From contig OZ024741.1 of the NCBI GenBank assembly GCA_964016885.1, forward strand, positions 262,074,001-262,138,000: a stretch of 64,000 nt of DNA, given 5' to 3'. The DNA comes from Eledone cirrhosa. Lineage: Eukaryota. Both the position numbers and the translations under genes were made by a program. The notes beneath the pieces are model-generated. The model worked only from the letters and a program-made list of their open reading frames with translations. It searched no databases and had not been told where the DNA came from. Shown piece by piece: positions 39,001 to 53,833 of this stretch. Position 1 is the first letter of the stretch, and each line of letters begins with the position of its first letter.

Positions 39001-42000
39001 GTGTTCCGACTTACGAGTGTTTCGGCTTACGAGTGTTTCGACTTACGGTGTTTCGGCTTACGAGTGTTTCGACATACGAGTGTTTTGACTTACGGGTGTT
39101 TCGACTTACGAGTGTTTTGACTTACGAATGTTTTGACTTACGGGTGTTTCGGCTTACGAGTGTTTCGACTTACGAGTGTTTCGGCTTACGAGTGTTTCGA
39201 CTTACTAATGTTTTTACTTACGAGTGTTTCGGCGTACGAGAGTTTTGACTTACGAGTGTTTCGACTTGCGGGTGTTTCGACTTACGAGTGTTTTGACTTA
39301 CGAATGTTTTGACTTACGGATTTTTCGGCTTACGAGTGTTTCGACTTACGAGTCTTTCTTCTTACAAGTGTTTCGACTTACTATTGTTTTTACTTACGAG
39401 TGTTTCGGCTTACGAGTGTTTCGACTTACGAGTGTTCTGACTTATGAGTGTTCTGACTTACGAGTGTTCTGACTTACGAGTGTTCCGACTTACGAGTGTT
39501 TCGGCTTACGAGTGTTTCGACTTACGAGTGTTTCGACTTACTAATGTTTTTACTTGCGAGTGTTTCGGCGTACGAGTGTTTCGACTTACGAGTATTTCGA
39601 CTTACGGGTGTTTTGACTTACGGGTGTTTCGGCTTACGAGTGTTTCGACTTACGAGTGTTTGACTTAAGGGTGTTTCGACTTACGAGTATTTTTGGCTTA
39701 CGAGTGTTTCGACTTACGAGTGTTTTAACTTACGAGTGTTCTGATTTACGGATGTTTCGACATACGAGTGTTTCGACTTACGAGTGTTTCGACTTATGAG
39801 TGTTTCGACTTACGAGTGTTTCGACTTACGAGTGTTTTGACTTACGGGTGTTTTGACATACGAGTGTTTCGATACGAGTGTTCTGACTTACGAGTGTTCT
39901 GACTTACGAGTGTTTTGACTTACGTGTGTTCTGACTTACGAGTGTTCCGACTTACGAGTGTTCCGACTTACGAGTGTTTCGGCTTACGAGTGTTTCCGGC
40001 TTACGAGTGTTTCGACTAACGAGTGTTTTGACTTACGGTGTTTCGGCTTACGAGTGATTCAACTTACGAGTGTTTTGACTTACGGGTGTTTTGACTTACG
40101 GGTGTTGTGAATTACGAGTGTTCCGATTTACGAGTGTTTTGACTTACCGTGTTTCGGCTTACGAGTGATTCGACTTACGAATGTTTTGACTTACGGGTGT
40201 TTCGGCTTGCGAGTGTTTCGACTTACGAGTGTTTCGGCTTATGAGTGTTTCGTCTTACTAATGTTTTTACTTACGAGTGTTTCGGCGTACGAGTGTTTTG
40301 ACTTACGATTGTTTCGACTTACGAGTGTTTTGACTTACGAATGTTTTGACTTACGGGTGTTTCGGCTTACGAGTGTTTCGACTTACGAGTGTTTCGGCTT
40401 GCGAGTGTTTCGACTTACTAATGTTTTTACTTACGAGTGTTTCGGCGTACGAGTGTTTCGACTTACGAGTGTTTCGACTTACGGGTGTTTTGACTTACGG
40501 GTGTTGTGAATTACGAGTGTTCCGATTTACGAGTGTTTTGACTTACGGTGTTTCGGCTTACGAGTGATTTGACTTACGAATGTTTTGACTTACGGGTGTT
40601 TCGGCTTGCGAGTGTTTCGACTTACGAGAGTTTTGACTTACGAGTGTTTCGACTTACGAGTGTTTTGACTTACGAGTGTTCTGATTTACGGATGTTTCTA
40701 CATACGAGTGTTTTCACTTACGGTGTTTCGGCTTACGAGTGATTCGACTTACGAGTGTTTTGACTTACGGGTGTTTTGACTTACGGGTGGTGTGAATTAC
40801 GAGTGTTCCGATTTACGAGTGTTTTGACTTACGGTGTTTCGGCTTACGAGTGATTCGACTTACTAATGTTTTTACTTACGAGTGTTTGGGCGTACGAGTG
40901 TTTCGACATACGAGTGTTTTGACTTACGGGTGTTTCGACTTACGAGTGTTTTGACTTACGAATGTTTTGACTTACGGGTGTTTCGGCTTACGAGTGTTTC
41001 GACTTACGAGTCTTTCGGCTTACGGGCGTTTCGGCTTATGAGTGTTTCGACTTACTAATGTTTTGACTTATGGGTGTTTCGGCTTGCGAGTGTTTCGACT
41101 TACGAGTGTTTCGGCTTATGAGTGTTTCGACTTACTAATGTTTTTACTTACGAGTGTTTGGGCGTACGAGTGTTTCGACATACGAGTGTTTTGACTTACG
41201 GGTGTTTCGACTTACGAGTGTTTTGACTTACGAATGTTTTGACTTACGGGTGTTTCGGCTTACGAGTGTTTCGACTTACGAGTCTTTCGGCTTACGAGTG
41301 TCTCGACTTACTAATGTTTTTACTTACGAGTGTTTCGGCGTACGAGTGTTTAGACTTACGAGTATTTCGACTTACGGGTGTTTTGACTTACGGGTGTTTC
41401 GGCTTACGAGTGTTTCGACTTACGAGTGTTTGACTTAAGGGTGTTTCGACTTACGAGTATTTTTGGCTTACGAGTGTTTCGACTTACGAGTGTTTTGACT
41501 TACGAGTGTTCTGATTTACGGATGTTTCGACATACGAGTGTTTCGACTTACGAGTGTTTCGACTTATGAGTGTTTCGACTTACGAGTGTTTCGACTTACG
41601 AGTGTTTCGGCTTATGAGTGTTTCGACTTACGAGTGTTTTGACTTACGGTGTTTCGGCTTACGAGTGTTTCGACTTACGAGTGTTTTGACATACGGGTGT
41701 TTTGACATACGAGTGTTTCGATACGAGTGTTCTGACTTACGAGTGTTCTGACTTACGAGGGTTCCGACTTACGAGTGTTCCGACTTACGAGTGTTTTGGC
41801 TTACGGTGTTTCGGCTTACGAGTGTTTCGAGTTACGAGTGTTTTGACTTACGCGTGTTTTGACATACGAGTGTTTCGATACGAGGGTTCTGACTTTCGAG
41901 TGTTCTGACTTACGAGTGTTCTGACTTACGAGTGTTCTGACTTACGAATGTTCCGACTTTACGAGTGTTTCGGCTCACGAGTGTTTTGGCTTACGGTGTT

Positions 42001-42168
42001 TCGGCTTACGAGTGTTTCGAGTTACGAGTGTTTTGACTTACGCGTTTTTTGACATACGAGTGTTTCGATACGATTGTTCTGACTTACGAGTGTTCTGACT
42101 TACGAGTGTTCTGACTTACGAGTGTTCTGACTTACGAGTGTTCTGACTTACGAGTGTATCGACTTACG

Positions 42169-42237
42169 AAAATAACAAATAGACGCGGTTTCAAATCTCT
42201 ATGCTTTTCAAATTCATTACATTAATCTTTATTTATA
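42169..42237. repeat. 69-bp AT-rich spacer, copy 16 (allele B)
   Basis: 7393 bp after copy 14. Confidence 0.97.
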
Positions 42238-43395
42238 CGTTTCGCTTTACGAGTGTTTCGACTTACGAGTCTTTCGACATACGAGTGTTTCAGCTTACGA
42301 GTGTTTTGATTTACGAGTGTTTTGACTTACGGGTGTTTCGACTTTCGCGTGTTTCGACTTACGAGTGTTTCGACTTACGAGTGTTTCGACCTACGAGTGT
42401 TTCGGCTTACGAGTGTTTCGAATTACGAGTGTTTTGGCATACGAATGTTTTCACTGACGGGTGTTTCGACTTACGGGTGTTTCGGCTTACGAGTGTTTCG
42501 ACTTACGAGTCTTTCGGCTTACGAGTGTCTCGACTTACTAATGTTTTTACTTACGAGTGTTTCGGCGTACGAGTGTTTAGACTTACGAGTATTTCGACTT
42601 ACGGGTGTTTTGACTTACGGGTGTTTCGGCTTACGAGTGTTTCGACTTACGAGTGTTTGACTTAAGGGTGTTTCGACTTACGAGTATTTTTGGCTTACGA
42701 GTGTTTCGACTTACGAGTGTTTTGACTTACGAGTGTTCTGATTTACGGATGTTTCGACATACGAGTGTTTCGACTTACGAGTGTTTCGACTTATGAGTGT
42801 TTCGACTTACGAGTGTTTCGACTTACGAGTGTTTCGGCTTATGAGTGTTTCGACTTACGAGTGTTTTGACTTACGGTGTTTCGGCTTACGAGTGTTTCGA
42901 CTTACGAGTGTTTTGACATACGGGTGTTTTGACATACGAGTGTTTCGATACGAGTGTTCTGACTTACGAGTGTTCTGACTTACGAGGGTTCCGACTTACG
43001 AGTGTTCCGACTTACGAGTGTTTTGGCTTACGGTGTTTCGGCTTACGAGTGTTTCGAGTTACGAGTGTTTTGACTTACGCGTGTTTTGACATACGAGTGT
43101 TTCGATACGAGGGTTCTGACTTTCTAGTGTTCTGACTTACGAGTGTTCTGACTTACGAGTGTTCGGACTTACGAATGTTCCGACTTTACGAGTGTTTCGG
43201 CTCACGAGTGTTATGGCTTACGGTGTTTCGGCTTACGAGTGTTTCGAGTTACGAGTGTTTTGACTTACGCGTTTTTTGACATACGAGTGTTTCGATACGA
43301 GTGTTCTGACTTACGAGTGTTCTGACTTACGAGTGTTCTGACTTACGAGTGTTCTGACTTACGAGTGTTCTGACTTACGAGTGTATCGACTTACG

Positions 43396-43464
43396 AAAAT
43401 AACAAATAGACGCGGTTTCAAATCTCTATGCTTTTCAAATTCATTACATTAATCTTTATTTATA
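43396..43464. repeat. 69-bp AT-rich spacer, copy 17 (allele B)
   Basis: 1227 bp after copy 16. Confidence 0.97.
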
Positions 43465-46400
43465 CGTTTCGCTTTACGAGTGTTTCGACTTACGAGTCTT
43501 TCGACATACGAGTGTATCAGCTTACGAGTGTTTTGATTTACGAGTGTTTTGACTTACGGGTGTTTCGACTTACGAGAGTTTCGGCTTACGAGTGTTTCGA
43601 ATTACGAGTGTTTTGGCATACGAATGTTTTCACTGACGGGTGTTTCGACTTACGGGTGTTTCGGCTTACGAGTGTTTCGACTTACGAGTGTTTTGACTTA
43701 GGAGTGTTCTGACTTACGAGTGTTCTGACTTACGAGTGTTCCGACTAACAAGTGTTCCGACTTACGAGTGTTTCGGCTTACGTGTGTTTCGGCTTACGAG
43801 TGTTTCGGCTTACGAGTGTTTTGACTTACGAGTGTTCTGACTACGAGTGTTCTGACTTACGAGTGTTCTGACTTACGAGTGTTCCGACTTACGAGTGTTT
43901 CGGCTTATGAGTGTTTCGACTTACGGGCGTTTCGACTTACGAGTGTTTTGACTTACGAGTGTTCTGACTTACGAGTGTTCTGACTTACGAGTGTTCCGAC
44001 TTACGACTGTTTCGACTTACGAGTGTTTTGACTTACGAGTGTTCCGACTTACGAGTGTTTCGGCTTACGGGTCTTTCGACGTACGAGTATTTTTGGCTTA
44101 CGAGTGTTTCGACTTACGAGTGTTTTGAATTACGATTGTTTCGGCTTACGAGTGTTTCGACTTACGAGTATTTCGACTTACGAGTGTTTTGACTTACGGG
44201 TGTTTTGACATTCGAGTGTTTCGATACGAGTGCTCTGACTTACGAGTGTTCTGAATTACGAGTGTTCTGACTTACGAGTGTTCGGACTTACAGGTGTTCT
44301 GACTTACGTGTGTTCCGACTTACGAGTGTTTCGGCTATGGGTGTTTCGACTTACGAGTGTTTCGACTTACGAATGTTTTGGCTTACGAGTGTTTCGGCTT
44401 ACGAGTGTTTCGACTTACGAATGTTTTGGCTTACGGTGTTTCGGCTTACGAGTGTTTCGACTTACGAGTGTTTTGACTTACGGTGTTTCGGCTTACGAGT
44501 TATTCGACATACGAGTGTTTCGACTTATGAGTGTTTCGACTTACGAGTGTTCTGACTTACGAGTGTTCTGACTTACGAGTGTTCCGACTTACGAGTGTTT
44601 CGGTTTACGAGTGTTTCGACATACGAGTGTTTTGACTTACGGGTGTTTCGACTTACGGGTGTTTCGACTTACGAGTGTTTCGGCTTACGAGTGTTTCGAC
44701 TTACTAATGTTTTTATTTACGAGTGTTACGGTGTACGAGTGTTTCGACTTAAGGATGTTTCGACTTACGAGTGTTTCGACTTACGAGTGTTTCGGCTTAC
44801 GTGAGTTTTGACTTAAGAGTGTTCTTACGAGTGTTTTGACTTACGAATGTTTTGACTTACGGGTGTTTCGGCTTACGAGTGTTTCGACTTACCAGTGTTT
44901 CGGCTTGCGAGTGTTTCGACTTACTAATGTTTTTCCTTACGAGTTTTCGGCGTACGAGTGTTTCGACTTACGAGTGTTTCGACTTACGGGTGTTTTGACT
45001 TACGGGTGTTTCGGCTTACGAGTGTTTCGACTTACGAGTGTTTCGGCTTATGAGTGTTTCGACTTACGAGTGTTTTGACTTACGGGTGTTTTGACATACG
45101 AGTGTTTCGATACGAGTGTTCTGACTTACGAGTGTTCTGACTTACGAGTGTTCTGACTTACGAGTGTTCTGACTTACGGGTGTTCTGACTTACGAGTGTT
45201 CCGACTTACGAGTGTTTCGGCTATGAGTGTTTTGACTTACGGGTGTTTCGACTTACGGGTGTTTCGACTTACGAGTGTTTCGACTTACGAGTGTTTCCGC
45301 TTACGAGTGTTTCGGCTTACGAGTGTTTCGACATACTAATGTTTTTACTTACGAGTGTTTCGGTGTACGAGTGTTTCGACTTAAGGATGCTTCGACTTAC
45401 GAGTGTTTCGACTTACGAGTGTTTCGACTTACGAGTGTTTCGAATTACGAGTGTTTTGGCTTACGAATGTTTTCACTTACGGGTGTTTCGACTTACGGGT
45501 GTTTAGGCTTACGAGTGTTTCGACTTACGAGTGTTTTGACTTACGAGTGTTCTGACTTACGAGTGTTCTGACTACGAGTGTTCTGACTTACGGGTGTTCT
45601 GACTTACGAGTGTTCCGACTTACGAGTGTTTCGGCTTATGAAGGTTTCGACTTACGGGCGTTTCGACTTACGGGTGTTTCGACTTACGAGTGTTTTGACT
45701 TACGAGTGTTCTGACTTACGAGTGTTCTGTCTTACGAGTGTTCCGACTTACGACTGTTTCGACTTACGAGTGTTTCGACTTAAGAGTGTTTTGAATTACG
45801 ATTGTTTCGGCTTACGAGTGTTTCGACTTACGAGTATTTCGACTTACGAGTGATTCGGCTATGGGTGTTTCGACTTACGAGTGTTTCGACTTACGAATGT
45901 TTTGGCTTACGAGTGTTTCGGCTTACGAGTGTTTCGACTTACGAATGTTTTAGCTTACGAGTGTTTCGGCTTACGGGCGTTTCGACTTACGAGTGTTTCG
46001 ACTTACGAGTGTTTTGACTTACGGTGTTTCGGCTTACGAGTTATTCGACATACGAGAGTTTCGACTCACGGGTGTTTCGACTTACGAGTGTTTCGACTTA
46101 TGAGTGTTTCGACTTACGAGTGTTCTGACTTACGAGTGTTCTGACTTACGAGTGTTCCGACTTACGAGTGTTTCGGTTTACGAGTGTTTCGACATACGAG
46201 TGTTTTGACTTACGGGTGTTTCGACTTACGGGTGTTTCGACTTACGAGTGTTTCGGCTTACGAGTGTTTCGACTTACTAATGTTTTTACTTACGAGTGTT
46301 TCGGTGTACGAGTGTTTCGACTTAAGGATGTTTCGACTTACGAGTGTTTCGACTTACGTGTGTTTCGGCTTACGTGAGTTTCGACTTAAGAGTGTTCTGA

Positions 46401-49400
46401 TTTACGAGTGTTCTGACTTGCGGGTGTTCTGATTTACGAGTGTTCCGACTTACGAGTGTTTCGGCTTACGAGTGTTTCGACTTACGGTGTTTCGGCTTAC
46501 GAGTGTTTCGACATACGAGTGTTTTGACTTACGGGTGTTTCGACTTACGAGTGTTTTGACTTACGAATGTTTTGACTTACGGGTGTTTCGGCTTACGAGT
46601 GTTTCGACTTACGAGTGTTTCGGCTTACGAGTGTTTCGACTTACTAATGTTTTTACTTACGAGTGTTTCGGCGTACGAGAGTTTTGACTTACGAGTGTTT
46701 TGACTTACGAATGTTTTGACTTACGGGTTTTTCGGCTTACGAGTGTTTCGACTTACGAGTCTTTCTTCTTACAAGTGTTTCGACTTACTATTGTTTTTAC
46801 TTACGAGTGTTTCGGCTTACGAGTGTTTCGACTTACGAGTGTTCTGACTTATGAGTGTTCTGACTTACGAGTGTTCTGACTTACGAGTGTTCCGACTTAC
46901 GAGTGTTTCGGCTTACGAGTGTTTCGACTTACGAGTGTTTCGACTTACTAATGTTTTTACTTGCGAGTGTTTCGGCGTACGAGTGTTTCGACTTACGAGT
47001 ATTTCGACTTACGGGTGTTTTGACTTACGGGTGTTTCGGCTTACGAGTGTTTCGACTTACGAGTGTTTGACTTAAGGGTGTTTCGACTTACGAGTATTTT
47101 TGGCTTACGAGTGTTTCGACTTACGAGTGTTTTAACTTACGAGTGTTCTGATTTACGGATGTTTCGACATACGAGTGTTTCGACTTACGAGTGTTTCGAC
47201 TTATGAGTGTTTCGACTTACGAGTGTTTCGACTTACGAGTGTTTCGGCTTATGAGTGTTTCGACTTACGAGTGTTTTGACTTACGGTGTTTCGGCTTACG
47301 AGTGTTTCGACTTACGAGTGTTTTGACTTACGGGTGTTTTGACATACGAGTGTTTCGATACGAGTGTTCTGACTTACGAGTGTTCTGACTTACGAGTGTT
47401 TTGACTTACGTGTGTTCTGACTTACGAGTGTTCCGACTTACGAGTGTTCCGACTTACGAGTGTTTCGGCTTACGAGTGTTTCCGGCTTACGAGTGTTTCG
47501 ACTTACGAGTGTTTTGACTTACGGTGTTTCGGCTTACGAGTGATTCAACTTACGAGTGTTTTGACTTACGGGTGTTTTGACTTACGGGTGTTGTGAATTA
47601 CGAGTGTTCCGATTTACGAGTGTTTTGACTTACCGTGTTTCGGCTTACGAGTGATTCGACTTACGAATGTTTTGACTTACGGGTGTTTCGGCTTGCGAGT
47701 GTTTCGACTTACGAGTGTTTCGGCTTATGAGTGTTTCGTCTTACTAATGTTTTTACTTACGAGTGTTTCGGCGTACGAGTGTTTTGACTTACGATTGTTT
47801 CGACTTACGAGTGTTTTGACTTACGAATGTTTTGACTTACGGGTGTTTCGGCTTACGAGTGTTTCGACTTACGAGTGTTTCGGCTTGCGAGTGTTTCGAC
47901 TTACTAATGTTTTTACTTACGAGTGTTTCGGCGTACGAGTGTTTCGACTTACGAGTGTTTCGACTTACGGGTGTTTTGACTTACGGGTGTTGTGAATTAC
48001 GAGTGTTCCGATTTACGAGTGTTTTGACTTACGGTGTTTCGGCTTACGAGTGATTTGACTTACGAATGTTTTGACTTACGGGTGTTTCGGCTTGCGAGTG
48101 TTTCGACTTACGAGAGTTTTGACTTACGAGTGTTTCGACTTACGAGTGTTTTGACTTACGAGTGTTCTGATTTACGGATGTTTCTACATACGAGTGTTTT
48201 CACTTACGGTGTTTCGGCTTACGAGTGATTCGACTTACGAGTGTTTTGACTTACGGGTGTTTTGACTTACGGGTGGTGTGAATTACGAGTGTTCCGATTT
48301 ACGAGTGTTTTGACTTACGGTGTTTCGGCTTACGAGTGATTCGACTTACTAATGTTTTTACTTACGAGTGTTTGGGCGTACGAGTGTTTCGACATACGAG
48401 TGTTTTGACTTACGGGTGTTTCGACTTACGAGTGTTTTGACTTACGAATGTTTTGACTTACGGGTGTTTCGGCTTACGAGTGTTTCGACTTACGAGTCTT
48501 TCGGCTTACGGGCGTTTCGGCTTATGAGTGTTTCGACTTACTAATGTTTTGACTTATGGGTGTTTCGGCTTGCGAGTGTTTCGACTTACGAGTGTTTCGG
48601 CTTATGAGTGTTTCGACTTACTAATGTTTTTACTTACGAGTGTTTGGGCGTACGAGTGTTTCGACATACGAGTTTTTTGACTTACGGGTGTTTCGACTTA
48701 CGAGTGTTTTGACTTACGAATGTTTTGACTTACGGGTGTTTCGGCTTACGAGTGTTTCGACTTACGAGTCTTTCGGCTTACGAGTGTCTCGACTTACTAA
48801 TGTTTTTACTTACGAGTGTTTCGGCGTACGAGTGTTTAGACTTACGAGTATTTCGACTTACGGGTGTTTTGACTTACGGGTGTTTCGGCTTACGAGTGTT
48901 TCGACTTACGAGTGTTTGACTTAAGGGTGTTTCGACTTACGAGTATTTTTGGCTTACGAGTGTTTCGACTTACGAGTGTTTTGACTTACGAGTGTTCTGA
49001 TTTACGGATGTTTCGACATACGAGTGTTTCGACTTACGAGTGTTTCGACTTATGAGTGTTTCGACTTACGAGTGTTTCGACTTACGAGTGTTTCGGCTTA
49101 TGAGTGTTTCGACTTACGAGTGTTTTGACTTACGGTGTTTCGGCTTACGAGTGTTTCGACTTACGAGTGTTTTGACATACGGGTGTTTTGACATACGAGT
49201 GTTTCGATACGAGTGTTCTGACTTACGAGTGTTCTGACTTACGAGGGTTCCGACTTACGAGTGTTCCGACTTACGAGTGTTTTAGCTTACGGTGTTTCGG
49301 CTTACGAGTGTTTCGAGTTACGAGTGTTTTGACTTACGCGTGTTTTGACATACGAGTGTTTCGATACGAGGGTTCTGACTTTCGAGTGTTCTGACTTACG

Positions 49401-49654
49401 AGTGTTCTGACTTACGAGTGTTCTGACTTACGAATGTTCCAACTTTACGAGTGTTTCGGCTCACGAGTGTTTTGGCTTACGGTGTTTCGGCTTACGAGTG
49501 TTTCGAGTTACGAGTGTTTTGACTTACGCGTTTTTTGACATACGAGTGTTTCGATACGATTGTTCTGACTTACGAGTGTTCTGACTTACGAGTGTTCTGA
49601 CTTACGAGTGTTCTGACTTACGAGTGTTCTGACTTACGAGTGTATCGACTTACG

Positions 49655-49723
49655 AAAATAACAAATAGACGCGGTTTCAAATCTCTATGCTTTTCAAATT
49701 CATTACATTAATCTTTATTTATA
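49655..49723. repeat. 69-bp AT-rich spacer, copy 18 (allele B)
   Basis: Direct read. Confidence 0.97.
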
Positions 49724-52700
49724 CGTTTCGCTTTACGAGTGTTTCGACTTACGAGTCTTTCGACATACGAGTGTTTCAGCTTACGAGTGTTTTGATTTAC
49801 GAGTGTTTTGACTTACGGGTGTTTCGACTTTCGCGTGTTTCGACTTACGAGTGTTTCGACTTACGAGTGTTTCGACCTACGAGTGTTTCGGCTTACGAGT
49901 GTTTCGAATTACGAGTGTTTTGGCATACGAATGTTTTCACTGACGGGTGTTTCGACTTACGGGTGTTTCGGCTTACGAGTGTTTCGACTTACGAGTGTTT
50001 TGACTTACGAGTGTTCTGACTTACGAGTGTTCTGACTTACGAGTGTTCCGACTAACAAGTGTTCCGACTTACGAGTGTTTCGGCTTACGTGTGTTTCGGC
50101 TTACGAGTGTTTCGGCTTACGAGTGTTTTGACTTACGAGTGTTCTGACTACGAGTGTTCTGACTTACGAGTGTTCTGACTTACGAGTGTTCCGACTTACG
50201 AGTGTTTCGGCTTATGAGTGTTTCGACTTACGGGCGTTTCGACTTACGAGTGTTTTGACTTACGAGTGTTCTGACTTACGAGTGTTCTGACTTACGAGTG
50301 TTCCGACTTACGAGTGTTTCGGCTTACGGGTGTTTCGACGTACGAGTATTTTTGGCTTACGAGTGTTTCGACTTACGAGTGTTTTGAATTACGATTGTTT
50401 CGGCTTACGAGTGTTTCAACTTACGAGTATTTCGACTTACGAGTGTTTTGACTTACGGGTGTTTTGACATTCGAGTGTTTCGATACGAGTGCTCTGACTT
50501 ACGAGTGTTCTGAATTACGAGTGTTCTGACTTACGAGTGTTCGGACTTACAGGTGTTCTGACTTACGTGTGTTCCGACTTACGAGTGTTTCGGCTATGGG
50601 TGTTTCGACTTACGAGTGTTTCGACTTACGAATGTTTTGGCTTACGAGTGTTTCGGCTTACGAGTGTTTCGACTTACGAATGTTTTGGCTTACGGTGTTT
50701 CGGCTTACGAGTGTTTCGACTTACGAGTGTTTTGACTTACGGTGTTTCGGCTTACGAGTTATTCGACATACGAGTGTTTCGACTTACGGGTGTTTCGACT
50801 TACGGGTGTTTCGACTTACGAGTGTTTCGACTTATGAGTGTTTCGACTTACGAGTGTTCTGACTTACGAGTGTTCTGACTTACGAGTGTTCCGACTTACG
50901 AGTGTTTCGGTTTACGAGTGTTTCGACATACGGGTGTTTTGAATTACGGGTGTTTCGACTTACGGGTGTTTCGACTTACGAGTGTTTCGGCTTACGAGTG
51001 TTTCGACTTACTAATGTTTTTATTTACGAGTGTTTCGGTGTACGAGTGTTTCGACTTAAGGATGTTTCGACTTACGAGTGTTTCGACTTACGAGTGTTTC
51101 GCCTTACGTGAGTTTTGACTTAAGAGTGTTCTTACGAGTGTTTTGACTTACGAATGTTTTGACTTACGGGTGTTTCGGCTTACGAGTGTTTCGACTTACC
51201 AGTGTTTCGGCTTGCGAGTGTTTCGACTTACTAATGTTTTTCCTTACGAGTTTTCGGCGTACGAGTGTTTCGACTTACGAGTGTTTCGACTTACGGGTGT
51301 TTTGACTTACGGGTGTTTCGGCTTACGAGTGTTTCGACTTACGAGTGTTTCGGCTTATGAGTGTTTCGACTTACGAGTGTTTTGACTTACGGGTGTTTTG
51401 ACATACGAGTGTTTCGATACGAGTGTTCTGACTTACGAGTGTTCTGACTTACGAGTGTTCTGACTTACGAGTGTTCTGACTTACGGGTGTTCTGACTTAC
51501 GAGTGTTCCGACTTACGAGTGTTTCGGCTATGAGTGTTTTGACTTACGGGTGTTTCGACTTACGGGTGTTTCGACTTACGAGTGTTTCGACTTACGAGTG
51601 TTTCCGCTTACGAGTGTTTCGGCTTACGAGTGTTTCGACATACTAATGTTTTTACTTACGAGTGTTTCGGTGTACGAGTGTTTCGACTTAAGGATGCTTC
51701 GACTTACGAGTGTTTCGACTTACGAGTGTTTCGACTTACGAGTGTTTCGAATTACGAGTGTTTTGGCTTACGAATGTTTTCACTTACGGGTGTTTCGACT
51801 TACGGGTGTTTCGGCTTACGAGTGTTTCGACTTACGAGTGTTTTGACTTACGAGTGTTCTGACTTACGAGTGTTCTGACTACGAGTGTTCTGACTTACGG
51901 GTGTTCTGACTAACGAGTGTTCCGACTTACGAGTGTTTCGGCTTATGAAGGTTTCGACTTACGGGCGTTTCGACTTACGGGTGTTTCGACTTACGAGTGT
52001 TTTAACTTACGAGTGTTCTGACTTACGAGTGTTCTGTCTTACGAGTGTTCCGACTTACGACTGTTTCGACTTACGAGTGTTTCGACTTAAGAGTGTTTTG
52101 AATTACGATTGTTTCGGCTTACGAGTGTTTCGACTTACGAGTATTTCGACTTACGAGTGATTCGGCTATGGGTGTTTCGACTTACGAGTGTTTCGACTTA
52201 CGAATGTTTTGGCTTACGAGTGTTTCGGCTTACGAGTGTTTCGACTTACGAATGTTTTAGCTTACGAGTGTTTCGGCTTACGGGCGTTTCGACTTACGAG
52301 TGTTTCGACTTACGAGTGTTTTGACTTACGGTGTTTCGGCTTACGAGTTATTCGACATACGAGAGTTTCGACTCACGGGTGTTTCGACTTACGGGTGTTT
52401 CGACTTACGAGTGTTTCGACTTATGAGTGTTTCGACTTACGAGTGTTCTGACTTACGAGTGTTGTGACTTACGAGTGTTCCGACTTACGAGTGTTTCGGT
52501 TTACGAGTGTTTCGACATACGAGTGTTTTGACTTACGGGTGTTTCGACTTACGGGTGTTTCGACTTACGAGTGTTTCGGCTTACGAGTGTTTCGACTTAC
52601 TAATGTTTTTACCTACGAGTGTTTCGGTGTACGAGTGTTTCGACTTAAGGATGTTTCGACTTACGAGTGTTTCGACTTACGTGTGTTTCGGCTTACGTGA

Positions 52701-53764
52701 CTTTCGACTTAAGAGTGTTCTGATTTACGAGTGTTCTGACTTGCGGGTGTTCTGATTTACGAGTGTTCCGACTTACGAGTGTTTCGGCTTATGAGTGTTT
52801 CGACTTACGAGTGTTTCGGCTTACGAGTGTTTCGACATACGAGTGTTTTTACTTACGGGTGTTTCGACTTACGAGTGTTTTGACTTACGAATGTTTTGAC
52901 TTACGGGTGTTTCGGCTTACGAGTGTTTCGACTTACGAGTGTTTCGGCTTACGAGTGTTTCGACTTACTAATGTTTTTACTTACGAGTGTTTCGGCGTAC
53001 GAGAGTTTTGACTTACGAGTGTTTCGACTTGCGGGTGTTTCGACTTACGAGTGTTTTGACTTACGAATGTTTTGACTTACGGGTTTTTCGGCTTACGAGT
53101 GTTTCGACTTACGAGTCTTTCTGCTTACAAGTGTTTCGACTTACTATTGTTTTTACTTACGAGTGTTTCGGCTTACGAGTGTTTCGACTTACGAGTGTTC
53201 TGACTTACGAGTGTTCTGACTTATGAGTGTTCTGACTTACGAGTGTTCTGACTTACGAGTGTTCCGACTTACGAGTGTTTCGGCTTACGAGTGTTTCGAC
53301 TTACGAGTGTTTCGACTTACAAGTGTTTCGACTTACGAGTGTTTTGACTTACGGTGTTTCGGCTTACGAGTGTTTCGACTTACGAGTGTTTTGACTTACT
53401 GGTGTTTTGACATACGAGTGTTTCGATACGAGTGTTTCGACTTACGAGTGTTCTGACTTACGAGTGTTCTGACTTACGAGTGTTCTGACTTACGAGTGTT
53501 CTAACTTACGAGTGTTCTGACTTACGAGTGTTCTAACTTACGAGTGTTTTGACTTACGATTGTTTCGGCTTACGAGTGTTTCGACTTACGAGTGTTTCGA
53601 CTTACGAGTGTTTTGACTTACGGGTGTTTTGACATACGAGTGTTTCGATACGAGTGTTCTGACTTACGAGTGTTCTGACTTACGAGTGTTCTGACTTACG
53701 AGTGTTCCGACTTACGAGTGTTTCGGCTCACGAGTGTTTCGGCTTACGAGTGTTTCCACTTACG

Positions 53765-53833
53765 AAAATAACAAATAGACGCGGTTTCAAATTACTATGC
53801 TTTTCAAGTTCATTACATTAATATTTATTTATA
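53765..53833. repeat. 69-bp AT-rich spacer, copy 19 (allele C, AATTACT variant)
   Basis: Direct read. Confidence 0.97.

Larger units (their letters stand above)
27450..50000 (+). repeat. ~7.4-7.5-kb higher-order repeat, about 3 copies (boundaries approximate)
   Basis: Offsets 7472 (28531/36003, 29413/36885, 31972/39444), 7393 (32772/40165, 34776/42169, 36003/43396) and 7486 (40165/47651, 42169/49655). Confidence 0.9.
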
